A stretch of 64,000 nt of DNA from an uncultured bacterium. GTDB lineage: Bacteria > Patescibacteriota > Minisyncoccia > Phycocordibacterales > Phycocordibacteraceae. The notes under the pieces are model-generated. The model was not told where the DNA came from and did no database searches. It was given only the letters and a program-made list of their open reading frames with translations. A program made the position numbers and the translations under genes. Location: positions 65,800 to 129,799 of the forward strand of contig CAMTWI010000004.1 of NCBI GenBank assembly GCA_947085505.1. Direction: 5' to 3'. Positions 49,052 through 58,248 of the stretch are shown piece by piece. The first letter of the stretch is position 1, and every line of letters begins with the position of its first letter.

Positions 49052-50086
49052 ATGAACCTCAAGGGAAAACGCATCTTCGTAGGTCTCTCAGGAGGCGTTG
49101 ATTCTGCTGTAACAGCCGCACTTCTTAAGGAGCAGGGTGCCGATGTTATCGGTGTATTTATAAAGGGCTGGTACCCCTCAGGGATGCCCTGTACCTGGAG
49201 CGAAGATCGTAAGGACGCTATGCGTGTTGCGGCAAGGCTTAAAATACCGTTCGCCACACTCGATGCCTCAGAGGAGTATAAGAGAGGTGTCATAGACTAC
49301 TTGCTTTCTGAGTATCGAGTAGGACGTACGCCGAATCCAGACGTGATGTGCAACAGAGAAGTTAAGTTTGGTGCGTTCTATCGATTCGCGAAGGAAAAGG
49401 GAGCAGATTTTATAGCAACGGGACACTATGCGCGTGCGAATAACGGAACACTACTTCGTGGAGTGGATGTGACGAAGGATCAAAGCTATTTCCTTTGGGC
49501 AGTTCCCAAAGATGCGCTTCAAATGACACTCTTCCCGCTCGGAGGACTGAAGAAGGACGTAACACGTTCGCGTGCACAGAAGTATGGACTCCCGAACGCT
49601 ACCAAGAAGGATAGCCAGGGAATCTGTTTCCTTGGATCTATTTCGGTAGAGGATTTCCTCCGCTCTGAGTTTGGAAGCGAGCCTGGCGAAGCAGTTGATA
49701 CCATAGGTGCTTTTGTTGGTACTCACAGCGGCGCGCTCCTCCACACACTTGGCGCACGTATCTCGCTTGAGAATGCGCGCCCTGGTCCATGGTATGTGGT
49801 ACAGAAGGACATTGAGAAGAATCAACTGATCGTATCTAGGAAACGAAACATTCAATCAAATACCGACAGCCTTCGACTAACAGACACTAATTGGCTTAGC
49901 GAAGATACGGATGACGTACTCTCTGCACAGTTTCGCTACCATGGGCCCGTTATAGAGGGCACGCTTTCTGGAGATCGAAAAGAATTCAAGCCAAGTCTCT
50001 TGCTTCCGGAGCCACTCGCCTCGGGACAATCCCTTGTCCTATATCGAGGAGAAGAATTACTTGGAGGCGGGATACTCACAATCTGA
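49052..50086 (+). CDS. mnmA: tRNA 2-thiouridine(34) synthase
   Basis: PP-loop VGLSGGVDSAV, CNREVKFGAF, ATGHYAR and KDQSYFLW. Confidence 0.9.
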   Translation: MNLKGKRIFVGLSGGVDSAVTAALLKEQGADVIGVFIKGWYPSGMPCTWSEDRKDAMRVAARLKIPFATLDASEEYKRGVIDYLLSEYRVGRTPNPDVMCNREVKFGAFYRFAKEKGADFIATGHYARANNGTLLRGVDVTKDQSYFLWAVPKDALQMTLFPLGGLKKDVTRSRAQKYGLPNATKKDSQGICFLGSISVEDFLRSEFGSEPGEAVDTIGAFVGTHSGALLHTLGARISLENARPGPWYVVQKDIEKNQLIVSRKRNIQSNTDSLRLTDTNWLSEDTDDVLSAQFRYHGPVIEGTLSGDRKEFKPSLLLPEPLASGQSLVLYRGEELLGGGILTI

Positions 50087-50117
50087 GAGAGAAATCAGGA
50101 TGGTATGATAGGGGTAA

Positions 50118-50951
50118 ATGAAGCCCGAAATCACTAAGGCAGACGGAACTGTAGAGGTATTCAATGGCATAAAGCTCGAGGGGTCTCTTGTTCGTGCAGG
50201 AGCGACACAAGCAACGGCAGAACGCATTCGGCACACAATTGAGACTTCGATGGGTCCGATGGCACAAAGCAACGACATATACCGCCGTTCATTCCAGATG
50301 CTCCGCCAAGAAGCTCGTCCCGTTGCTGCACGGTATAGTCTGCGACGTGCACTGTTTGAGTTCGGTCCTTCGGGGCACCCCTTTGAGGATTTCGTAGCGG
50401 AACTGTTTAAGAAGGAAGGCTGGACAGTAGAGGGACGCCGAATGATTCCAGGTAAGTGTGTACCCCACGAAGTAGATGTGTACGCAAGGCGAGGGGACGA
50501 GCATCTTGCAGCTGAACTTAAGTATCACAATAGTCCCGGATACAAAACTGACGTAAAAGTAGCGCTCTACGTGAAGGCTCGTTTTGATGACATTTGGCAG
50601 TGCAAGGAAGAAGGTAAGAAAGTCTGCCCTGTTGATCTTGGCTTTCTTATTACAAACACCAAGTTCACGCGTCAGGCGATTGATTTCGCGAACTGTTCCG
50701 GTATGGGTCTTCTTGGATGGAGCTATCCGCACGAAGGGAATCTGTACGATCGTATTATCGCAAGCAGTTTATTCCCGGTTACCGCTCTCACGACTCTTAA
50801 GAAAGCTGAGAAGCGTCTTCTTATCGACATGGGCATCGTTACGTGTGACCAGGTTCGAGAGAATAGAGACGTTCTTCGCAGTGTTGGTCTAACACCGGAG
50901 CGCATTGGGACGGTTGTTGCGGAAGTTAATACGCTCTGCGCAAAGCAATAG
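50118..50951 (+). CDS. ATP-cone domain protein fused to a restriction-endonuclease-like (PD-(D/E)xK) domain
   Basis: N-terminal ATP-cone pattern (I.KADGTVEVFN..KL..SL.RAG). Then FEDFVAELFKKEGW, with VDVYA...AELKYH as a candidate D...ExK nuclease core. Confidence 0.6.
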   Translation: MKPEITKADGTVEVFNGIKLEGSLVRAGATQATAERIRHTIETSMGPMAQSNDIYRRSFQMLRQEARPVAARYSLRRALFEFGPSGHPFEDFVAELFKKEGWTVEGRRMIPGKCVPHEVDVYARRGDEHLAAELKYHNSPGYKTDVKVALYVKARFDDIWQCKEEGKKVCPVDLGFLITNTKFTRQAIDFANCSGMGLLGWSYPHEGNLYDRIIASSLFPVTALTTLKKAEKRLLIDMGIVTCDQVRENRDVLRSVGLTPERIGTVVAEVNTLCAKQ

Positions 50952-50952
50952 T

Positions 50953-51735
50953 ATGTCTGACTTCAAGCGATACAATCCAAACCGTGGTGCAGACTGGAAC
51001 TATGGCGGCAAGAAGTGGCGTTTGTCGCGTTCAAAGATTGAATTCTTTGTAGAGTGCCCGCGGTGCTTTTATGTAGACAACAAGCTCGGCACGAAGCGTC
51101 CTGGATACCCTGAGTTCACGCTTAACAAAGCCGTGGATGCACTCTTTAAGAAGGAGTTTGATGTACACCGGAAGGCTGCAACAGCGCATCCACTCATGGA
51201 AAAGTACGGCATCGATGCGGTTCCCTTCGTGCACGCAAAGATGGATACCTGGCGCGAGAACTTTGAGGGTGTGGAATATACGCATACTCCAACCGGATTT
51301 GTTATCTCAGGCGCGGTAGATGATATATGGGTAAATAAGGCAGGAGAATTGATTGTTGTTGATTACAAGGCAACTTCAAAGCCTGGCACTATAGAGACGC
51401 TCGGGGATTCAAGCTGGAATGAGCAGTACAAGCGGCAGATGGGTGTGTATCAGTGGCTTCTCCGGCATAACGGATTCGAGGTGTCCTCAATGGGGTACTT
51501 GGTCTATGCAAATGCGCATGACGACAAGGAAGCATTTGATGCCAAGCTTGAGTTTGAGGTAACCGTTGTCGAGTGCGAAGGGCAGTCTGAGTGGATAGAC
51601 GAGATTCTTCCGCGTATTAAGGAGACACTTGAGAGTGATGCCATACCTCCAGTAGGAGAAGCATGTGAGTTCTGCCCATACCGCGAAGCTGCTGGGAAGA
51701 AGTTGCTTGCGATGCACAAGGCCGGGAAGAAGTAG
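50953..51735 (+). CDS. PD-(D/E)XK nuclease, Cas4/RecB-like with Cys cluster
   Basis: N-terminal CPRCFY, the core GAVDDIWV...LIVVDYKATSK, YKRQMGVYQWLL and the C-terminal CEFCPY. This is the Cas4-like four-Cys arrangement. Confidence 0.7.
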   Translation: MSDFKRYNPNRGADWNYGGKKWRLSRSKIEFFVECPRCFYVDNKLGTKRPGYPEFTLNKAVDALFKKEFDVHRKAATAHPLMEKYGIDAVPFVHAKMDTWRENFEGVEYTHTPTGFVISGAVDDIWVNKAGELIVVDYKATSKPGTIETLGDSSWNEQYKRQMGVYQWLLRHNGFEVSSMGYLVYANAHDDKEAFDAKLEFEVTVVECEGQSEWIDEILPRIKETLESDAIPPVGEACEFCPYREAAGKKLLAMHKAGKK

Positions 51736-51738
51736 CTT

Positions 51739-52404
51739 ATGGAGGTTCGAATCGAAGAGTCCTGGAAGAAAAGACTCGAAGGGGAGTTTGAAAAGCCTTA
51801 CTTCAAAGAACTCACAGAATTTGTAAAGGAAGAATACGCGGCCAGCACGGTCTATCCGCATCCAAAGAATATATTTAAGGCGTTTGAGTTAACGCCCTTT
51901 GATCAAGTTAAGGTCGTCATACTTGGGCAGGACCCGTATCATGGGCCACATCAAGCCATTGGTCTATCGTTTGCAGTTGAGGAGGGAATTCCCCTCCCGC
52001 CTTCCCTTCGCAATATTTATAAAGAGATCGAGAGCGATCTTGGGGTAAGGCCTGTAGCTGATGGCAATCTGTCCAGATGGGCAAAACAAGGAGTACTGCT
52101 TCTGAATGCGACCCTTACTGTCCGTGCCGCAAGTGCTAACTCGCATCAAGGCAAGGGATGGGAGGAATTCACCGATGCGGTTATACGCGTGCTCTCTGAA
52201 GAACGAGAGCATCTGGTCTTTATACTGTGGGGCAATTATGCGCGTACAAAGGGTGCGCATATTGATCGAGCCAAACACTTGGTTATAGAGTCTCCACACC
52301 CGTCTCCGTTCTCAGCAAGGAATGGATTCTTTGGTTCAAAACCGTTTAGCAAGACGAATGAGTATCTAAGAAAGGGAGACAAGGGAGAGATAGGTTGGTT
52401 TTGA
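51739..52404 (+). CDS. ung: uracil-DNA glycosylase (family 1)
   Basis: VVILGQDPYHGPHQAIGLSF, GVLLLNATLTV and HPSPFSA. Confidence 0.95.
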   Translation: MEVRIEESWKKRLEGEFEKPYFKELTEFVKEEYAASTVYPHPKNIFKAFELTPFDQVKVVILGQDPYHGPHQAIGLSFAVEEGIPLPPSLRNIYKEIESDLGVRPVADGNLSRWAKQGVLLLNATLTVRAASANSHQGKGWEEFTDAVIRVLSEEREHLVFILWGNYARTKGAHIDRAKHLVIESPHPSPFSARNGFFGSKPFSKTNEYLRKGDKGEIGWF

Positions 52405-52440
52405 TTTGCAGCGCTTCTTGAGCGCTGGTATCGTCTATAT

Positions 52441-54198
52441 ATGACCGTACTTAAAACCGAGTGGGACCTATCAGTTTTTTATAAGGGTGTTACTGATCCG
52501 GCTATCGAGGAAGATCAAAAAATGGCTGATAAAGCCATGGCTGCATTCGCGAAGAAGTACCGCGAAGACAAGAGGCATTTAAAGAATGCGAAAGCGCTCG
52601 CAGAAGCACTTATTGCATACGAAGCACTTATTGCTCTTCCCGCAACCCGTGCCAGCTACTATGTGTTTTACCGAAAGGATCTCAATATAGAAGACAAGGA
52701 GGCTGAGGCACTCGCGGCACGTCTTGAGGAGCGAGGCACACGACGAGGCAACCAGATTCTTTTCTTTACGCTCGAACTCGGAAAGATCTCTCAGGAGAAG
52801 CAGCGTGAATTCTTGAAGGCACTTGTGCTCGCACCATTCAAGTACTGGCTCGAGCAAGTATTCGAAAATGCTCGCTACGATCTCTCAGAGGCCGAAGAAA
52901 AAATACTATCCCTGAAGGAGGATGTATCACATGGACGATGGGTGCAGCTAACGGATAATGTGCTCAACAAGAAGACCGTGGAGTTTAACGACAAGATGCT
53001 CCCGCTTCCAGAAGCAGTTGGCATCCTGGCGAACCAGCCGACGGCAAAGCGTCGGAAGCTTGGCGCACTCCTTAACGAGGCGTACGAAAGTGTTGCGGAT
53101 GTCGCAGAAGGAGAAATCAATGCCATCTACACTGACAAGAAGATCGAAGACGAGCTTCGCGGTATGAAAGAACCTTACGAGGCAACAATCCGCGGCTACC
53201 AGAACGATGTGAAGAGTGTGCTCGCACTCGTAGAGGCGGTTGAGAAGAGTAAGAAGATAGCCCACCGTTTCTATGAGGCTAAGCGGAAGCTTTTGAAGCT
53301 CGACCACCTCACGTATGCTGATCGTAGTGCCTCTATAGGCGAACTAAAGACCAAGATGCCGTTCGAGAAGGCCGTGCCTATCGTCCGGGAGGTCTTTGAG
53401 GAGCTCGATCCTGTGTATGCTCGTATCTTTGACCGCCTCATCGCAAGCGGCCAGGTAGATGTGCACCCAAAGAAAGGTAAAGCAGGAGGCGCGTACTGTG
53501 CATCGGGTCCTGGTGTCCCGACATTCGTTCTTCTTAATCACACTGACACGTTTGATTCAGTGAAAACACTTGCACATGAGATGGGACATGCAGTACACGC
53601 AGAGCGCTCCAAGGACCAGCGCCCGTTGTATGAAGGGCATCCGATTTCAACTGCAGAGACTGCAAGCACCTTCTTCGAGTACGCTGCACTAAAGCGCCTC
53701 GTTGCAAACCTTCCTAAGGAAGAACGCATCATCGCACTACATAATGTCATCCAGGACGATATTAGCACCGTCTTCCGGCAGATTGCCTGCTTTAGCTTCG
53801 AGCGCTCGCTTCACGCACTCATACGTAAGGAAGGTTATGTACCCAAGGAGCGTATCGCGGATCTCATGAACGAGCATATGCAGTCTTATCTCGGTCCTGC
53901 ATTCAAGCTCACGCGTGGCGACGGGTACTTCTTTGTTAACTGGAGCCACATACGCCGATTCTTCTATGTGTACTCGTATGCGTACGGACAGCTCATTAGT
54001 AAGGGTCTGCATGCAAAGCTCGAAAAGGATCCCTCATTCATCAGAAAAGTGGATGGTTTCCTATCAGCGGGAGAAAGCATGTCTCCGGAAGACATCTTCA
54101 AGAAATGCGGCTTGAATACCAAGAAGCCTGACATTTTCCTTGAGGGATTGAAGTCGATAGAGCGTGATGTGGCGCAGCTCGAGCGCCTTATCAAATAA
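52441..54198 (+). CDS. pepF: M3B oligoendopeptidase F family
   Basis: Zinc motif HEMGHAVH with a downstream E in ISTAETASTFFE. The length and N-terminal helical domain are typical. Confidence 0.8.
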   Translation: MTVLKTEWDLSVFYKGVTDPAIEEDQKMADKAMAAFAKKYREDKRHLKNAKALAEALIAYEALIALPATRASYYVFYRKDLNIEDKEAEALAARLEERGTRRGNQILFFTLELGKISQEKQREFLKALVLAPFKYWLEQVFENARYDLSEAEEKILSLKEDVSHGRWVQLTDNVLNKKTVEFNDKMLPLPEAVGILANQPTAKRRKLGALLNEAYESVADVAEGEINAIYTDKKIEDELRGMKEPYEATIRGYQNDVKSVLALVEAVEKSKKIAHRFYEAKRKLLKLDHLTYADRSASIGELKTKMPFEKAVPIVREVFEELDPVYARIFDRLIASGQVDVHPKKGKAGGAYCASGPGVPTFVLLNHTDTFDSVKTLAHEMGHAVHAERSKDQRPLYEGHPISTAETASTFFEYAALKRLVANLPKEERIIALHNVIQDDISTVFRQIACFSFERSLHALIRKEGYVPKERIADLMNEHMQSYLGPAFKLTRGDGYFFVNWSHIRRFFYVYSYAYGQLISKGLHAKLEKDPSFIRKVDGFLSAGESMSPEDIFKKCGLNTKKPDIFLEGLKSIERDVAQLERLIK

Positions 54199-54216
54199 TG
54201 GTATCGTCATACCACT

Positions 54217-56133
54217 ATGACTGTATCTGAAGTCCGTAAGCGATTCCTCGCATTCTATGAGGCTCGGGGGCATGTGATTATCCCATCGGCTCCCATTGTG
54301 CCCGGCAATGATCCAACAACCCTCTTCACTTCGAGCGGGATGCAGCCCCTGCTCCCGTACTTCCTTGGAAAGGATCATCCGGAAGGAAAGCGCGTTGTGA
54401 ACTCGCAGCTCGCGTTTCGTGCGGGAGACATTGAGGAAGTTGGAGACAATCGTCATACGACATTCTTTGAGATGCTTGGGAACTGGTCTTTCGGTGACTA
54501 TTTCAAACAGGAACAACTTCCTTGGATATTTGAGTTCCTTACGAGTACCGAGACGGGGTTTGGTATTGATCCAAATAAGCTCTACGTAACCGTATTTGCA
54601 GAGGACAAAGAAGCAGGTATCGCACTTGATACGGAAGCGGTAGAACTTTGGAAGCGTCTCTTTAAAGAAAAGGGGGTCGATGCTGAGTTCTCTAACATTG
54701 GAAGCGAAGCTGACGGGTACCTAAAGGGCATGGGTCCAAAGGACCGGATATTTGCCTACGATGCAAAGAAGAACTGGTGGAGCCGTTCAGGGGTGCCAAG
54801 CAACATGCCAGCAGGCGAGCCGGGGGGGCCAGACTCAGAGATTTTCTACGACTTCGGCACACCACATGATCCAAAATGGGGCACACACTGCCATCCAAAC
54901 TGCGATTGCGGGCGATTTGTTGAGATTGGGAACTCGGTATTCATGCAGTTTGTTAAGAAAGAGGATGGTTCCTTTCAGGAGCTTCCAAAGAAGAATATCG
55001 ATTTTGGTGGAGGCCTTGAGCGCATAACGATGGCAACGGTTGGGCCGGACATCTTTATGCTTGATATCTTTGACGCCGCCCGTGCGGTTGTTGAGGAGCG
55101 CTCTGGAAAGAAGTACGGTGAAGACGAGGCAACAACGCGGGCATTCCGCATCATTCTTGATCACATGCGTGCAAGTGCGTTCATGCTTGCTGAAGGAATC
55201 CTGCCTTCAAACACAGAGGCTGGCTATGTGCTTCGCAGACTTTTGCGCCGTGCAATACGTGAATCAGATCGCCTTGGTATCAAGGATGCGGTACTTGCTG
55301 ACGTAGCAAAAGGCTACGCTCAGGTCTATGCGGACCAATACCCACACGTGCTCGCAAACGCAGGGAAGATTGAAGAGGAGATTGCGAAAGAGGAAGAGAA
55401 ATTCCGTAAAACCCTTACGAGCGGCATGCGCGAGCTTGAGAAGTTAGTAGCAAAGGGCACTGTTACTCCAGAGGATGTGTTTACCCTATTTACGTCCTAT
55501 GGCTTCCCTGTTGAGCTAACCGAAGAGATCGCAAACGAACGCGAGATTGAGATAGATCTCGCTGGCGTGCTTGAGCTTATGAAGAAGCATCAGGAGACCT
55601 CAAGGGCAGGAGGAGCGCAGCGCTTTGCGGGCGGGCTCGCAGACCATGCTGAGCAGACGGTCCGGTATCACACCACGCACCACATTCTCCTTAAGGCACT
55701 TCAGATGGTGCTGGGTTCTGAGGTTAAACAGCGCGGTTCAAACATTACGTCTGAGCGCCTTCGCATAGACTTCGCATCTCCTGGCAAGATGACGGACGAA
55801 CAGAAGGCTGAGGTTGAGAAGATTGTGAACGAGGTTGTATACCAAGATCTTCCTGTTACGCGCACGGTTATGGCACGCGAAGAGGCAGAGAAGCTCGGTG
55901 CAGAGATGGAGTTCGGGGTTAAGTATCCAGACATGGTGTCGGTGTATTCCGTTGGTCCAATACACGCAACGGAAGAGACACCGGATATTCCTAATGCGTT
56001 CTCCCTTGAGTTCTGTGGCGGCCCCCATGTAACGAATACGAGCGAGATACATGCAGACGGACGGAAGTTCCGTATTCAGAAAGAAGAGGCTGTTGCGAGC
56101 GGCGTGCGTAGGATTAAGGGGGTGTTGGAGTAG
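54217..56133 (+). CDS. alaS: alanyl-tRNA synthetase, short form (no C-Ala domain)
   Basis: FLAFYEARGH, FTSSGMQ, RHTTFFEMLGNWSFGDYFK, editing-domain HTTHHIL and CGGPHV. It ends at ...GVRRIKGVLE (638 aa). Confidence 0.9.
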   Translation: MTVSEVRKRFLAFYEARGHVIIPSAPIVPGNDPTTLFTSSGMQPLLPYFLGKDHPEGKRVVNSQLAFRAGDIEEVGDNRHTTFFEMLGNWSFGDYFKQEQLPWIFEFLTSTETGFGIDPNKLYVTVFAEDKEAGIALDTEAVELWKRLFKEKGVDAEFSNIGSEADGYLKGMGPKDRIFAYDAKKNWWSRSGVPSNMPAGEPGGPDSEIFYDFGTPHDPKWGTHCHPNCDCGRFVEIGNSVFMQFVKKEDGSFQELPKKNIDFGGGLERITMATVGPDIFMLDIFDAARAVVEERSGKKYGEDEATTRAFRIILDHMRASAFMLAEGILPSNTEAGYVLRRLLRRAIRESDRLGIKDAVLADVAKGYAQVYADQYPHVLANAGKIEEEIAKEEEKFRKTLTSGMRELEKLVAKGTVTPEDVFTLFTSYGFPVELTEEIANEREIEIDLAGVLELMKKHQETSRAGGAQRFAGGLADHAEQTVRYHTTHHILLKALQMVLGSEVKQRGSNITSERLRIDFASPGKMTDEQKAEVEKIVNEVVYQDLPVTRTVMAREEAEKLGAEMEFGVKYPDMVSVYSVGPIHATEETPDIPNAFSLEFCGGPHVTNTSEIHADGRKFRIQKEEAVASGVRRIKGVLE

Positions 56134-56156
56134 GTTTGATACCTAGTCTGCCAGCT
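56132..56156 (+). repeat. copy C of tRNA-3'-half-like intergenic motif
   Basis: AGGTTTGATACCTAGTCTGCCAGCT. It starts inside the TAG stop of alaS (56131-33). GTCTGCCAGC is at 56146-56155, followed by TATAAA. Confidence 0.7.
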
Positions 56157-56167
56157 ATAAACAAAAG

Positions 56168-56203
56168 CCGCCCAACATAGGTCAGGTGACCTTTGTTGAG
56201 CGG
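56168..56203. terminator. long hairpin between convergent genes
   Basis: CCGCCCAACA...TGTTGAGCGG forms the outer stem (one mismatch), with an inner AGGT/ACCT stem. It lies between alaS (+) and the zinc-ribbon gene (-). Confidence 0.55.
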
Positions 56204-56208
56204 TGAAA

Positions 56209-56517
56209 TTAACCCATGGCAATTCCAAGAAGAAGTCCGGTGGCGAACACAGGGTTTGTGTCGGCTTCTTCGGCCAAAGCCTCCAGCTCTTTGTGGTCGA
56301 GCCAGACGCCGTTGCATGTGGGGCAGCGGTCGACAAGCAACCTTCCGTTTTGAAGCGGAACCTTCTGCATCGCAGATTGATCGTCAGGGCAGATTCGCTG
56401 CGGCTCCGGTTTGGTTTCGCACGCGGTACAAACCGGCTGGCCGGAAGCGTTCTTCCATTGTGTCTTCACTTCTCGACACTTTGAGCATGTAAGGCTTTCG
56501 CCATAGCAACTGGACAT
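56209..56517 (-). CDS. zinc-ribbon protein (zf-TFIIB-type C-terminal domain)
   Basis: CSKC...CTAC, then CPDD...CPTCNGVWLDHKELEAL (the CPxCxGxWLDxxEL pattern), then a short hydrophobic tail. SD GGAG lies 8 nt upstream. Confidence 0.65.
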   Translation of the reverse strand: MSSCYGESLTCSKCREVKTQWKNASGQPVCTACETKPEPQRICPDDQSAMQKVPLQNGRLLVDRCPTCNGVWLDHKELEALAEEADTNPVFATGLLLGIAMG

Positions 56518-56550
56518 ATTGTTGACTCCGAAAGAAGTTTGTCTGACGCT

Positions 56551-56579
56551 ATATTAGCATTAATAAATACGTTTGTCAA
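56551..56579 (-). promoter_or_regulatory. sigma-70-like promoter TTGACA-N17-TAATAT
   Basis: Minus-strand reading: TTGACA (56579-56574), a 17-nt spacer, then TAATAT (56556-56551). It lies about 35 nt upstream of start 56517. Confidence 0.55.
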
Positions 56580-56587
56580 GCAAGAAA

Positions 56588-56610
56588 GTTCCAACATCGT
56601 TCCAGTCCCC
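56588..56610 (+). repeat. copy E (variant) of the intergenic motif
   Basis: GTTCCAACATCGTTCCAGTCCCC shares 18 of 19 nt with copy D (GTTCCAACATCGTCCCAGAC). Confidence 0.5.
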
Positions 56611-56614
56611 CACA

Positions 56615-56645
56615 AAAGAAGAGCTCCACTTGGGAGCTCTTCTTT
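56615..56645. terminator. bidirectional intrinsic terminator
   Basis: AAAGAAGAGCTCC-ACTTG-GGAGCTCTTCTTT forms a 13-bp stem. Confidence 0.85.
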
Positions 56646-56659
56646 AACACAAAGCGAAC

Positions 56660-56914
56660 CTAAATTGCGTCGTCAATCTTAACCTCAGCTTTGTTGGTCC
56701 ATTGCTGAACGCGTGCTTTGAACTGATCCCAGTCCGCTTCAACCCAGTCTCCGGCTGCATCCACTTCCTCGCCGAAGTCTTCAAGCATCTTGTTGTTCTC
56801 GAGGCGCTCCTCCGCATCAAGCTTTTCGGAGCGAGCAGCCTGCTCCTTTTTCACCCCTTCCCACCACTCTGCATGATCTTCTGCTCTGTTGTTTAGATCT
56901 GGATTATCAGCCAT
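56660..56914 (-). CDS. small acidic hypothetical protein
   Basis: 84 aa, Asp/Glu/Trp-rich (WWEGVKKEQAARSEKLDAEERLENN...WDQFKARVQQW). On the minus strand TATATT lies 9 nt upstream of the ATG. Confidence 0.5.
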   Translation of the reverse strand: MADNPDLNNRAEDHAEWWEGVKKEQAARSEKLDAEERLENNKMLEDFGEEVDAAGDWVEADWDQFKARVQQWTNKAEVKIDDAI

Positions 56915-56999
56915 AGATTTTTGAATATAGGAGTAATGGGGTAACTATAGACACCTATGTGTAAAGCTAGCGTGAAGAGCAGCTGGTATACTCCGTTCT

Positions 57000-58160
57000 A
57001 TGGGTCTTTTTTCGTTTAACAAGAAGAAAGCGCGTTCAGTGGCGCTTATAGACATTGGCTCAGCCTCGGTAGGTGGAGCCTACGTGCACTACGAAGAAGG
57101 GAAGCCGCCTATTATCTACTACACTGCACGTGTTGACGTTGAGACTCGCGAAGGTGAGACCGTCAGGGAAGGTATGCTGCGTTCGCTTTCCTTTCTTGAA
57201 CGACTCCTGATTGAGGAAGGGGCTCCTGCGCTCAGACGCGAGACCGGGAGCGGTGGCGTCGAGAAAGTGTTGGTGTCAGTAGCGGCTCCATGGCAAGAAA
57301 CTCTTGTTTCAACAACAAACATTCAGCAAAAGAACACATTCACGTTCTCGCACGCGCATCTAGCGGACGCTGTTAAGAAGACGGCCGTAGTGCCAAAGGA
57401 TCGTGTAAGTTCTGGCCATACGGTTGTTGCAACGATCCTAAACGGCTACGAGACACCGCATCCCTTTGGAAAACGCGTAACACGTGCAGAACTCGTTATT
57501 CTCGCCTCTACACTCGAAAAAGAGGCAGCGCATGCCATAGAATCATCCCTACGAAGGGCATTTCATACGAACGATATTGAGCTAACGGCGTTCGCGCCTG
57601 TTGCGTACACCGTATTCAGAGACCTCTACCCGCACCAGAAGGATTTCGTGGTGCTTGATGTGTCCGGAACTGGTACGGATGCGGCGTTCATAAAGCGGGG
57701 ACTCCTCGTAGAAGTACGAGGAGTCCCGTTTGGCACACAGGATCTTTTGATTGCCGCACGAAAGGCAGGGCAGCGAGCACACCTATCGGCTGTGGACATG
57801 ATTGATCCAGTTGCTAACGAATCCTTTGCAAAGGAATCAGAGGAAGCAGAGCGCATATGGCTCGACGCTTTGCACGGGGCATTCTCTAGTGTGGCTGCAG
57901 TTCAGGCACTTCCACGAACCCTTCTCCTCCTTGCGGACACTGACGCGCGAGATTATTTGAAGCGCACTCTAGAGAAGAGCAAGCTTCGTTCGTTGTGGCT
58001 CTCGGAGGAACCGTTGTCCGTTATACCAATAACCCCGTCCCACCTAGCGGCGAGAGTTAAGACAAGGGGGCTTGGGGATGGAGATTTATTTCTCGCGCTT
58101 CTTGCGCTCTATGCCGCGCGGGGCAGAAATACTCCTGAGGCACCTCCTGAATCGCTGTAG
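57000..58160 (+). CDS. actin-fold (PilM/FtsA-like) protein, putative
   Basis: The N-terminus GLFSFNKKKARSVALIDIGSASVGGAYV resembles PilM starts, and a second phosphate motif VVLDVSGTGTDAAF is present. TATACT at 56987-92 lies 7 nt upstream. Confidence 0.4.
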   Translation: MGLFSFNKKKARSVALIDIGSASVGGAYVHYEEGKPPIIYYTARVDVETREGETVREGMLRSLSFLERLLIEEGAPALRRETGSGGVEKVLVSVAAPWQETLVSTTNIQQKNTFTFSHAHLADAVKKTAVVPKDRVSSGHTVVATILNGYETPHPFGKRVTRAELVILASTLEKEAAHAIESSLRRAFHTNDIELTAFAPVAYTVFRDLYPHQKDFVVLDVSGTGTDAAFIKRGLLVEVRGVPFGTQDLLIAARKAGQRAHLSAVDMIDPVANESFAKESEEAERIWLDALHGAFSSVAAVQALPRTLLLLADTDARDYLKRTLEKSKLRSLWLSEEPLSVIPITPSHLAARVKTRGLGDGDLFLALLALYAARGRNTPEAPPESL

Positions 58161-58248
58161 ATTGTTATACCCGAACGAGGCTCAATGCTGACTCTCCTGG
58201 GTGTATACTTAGGCGGTACTACTCATATTGAGGCTTTTCTACGTAGAT

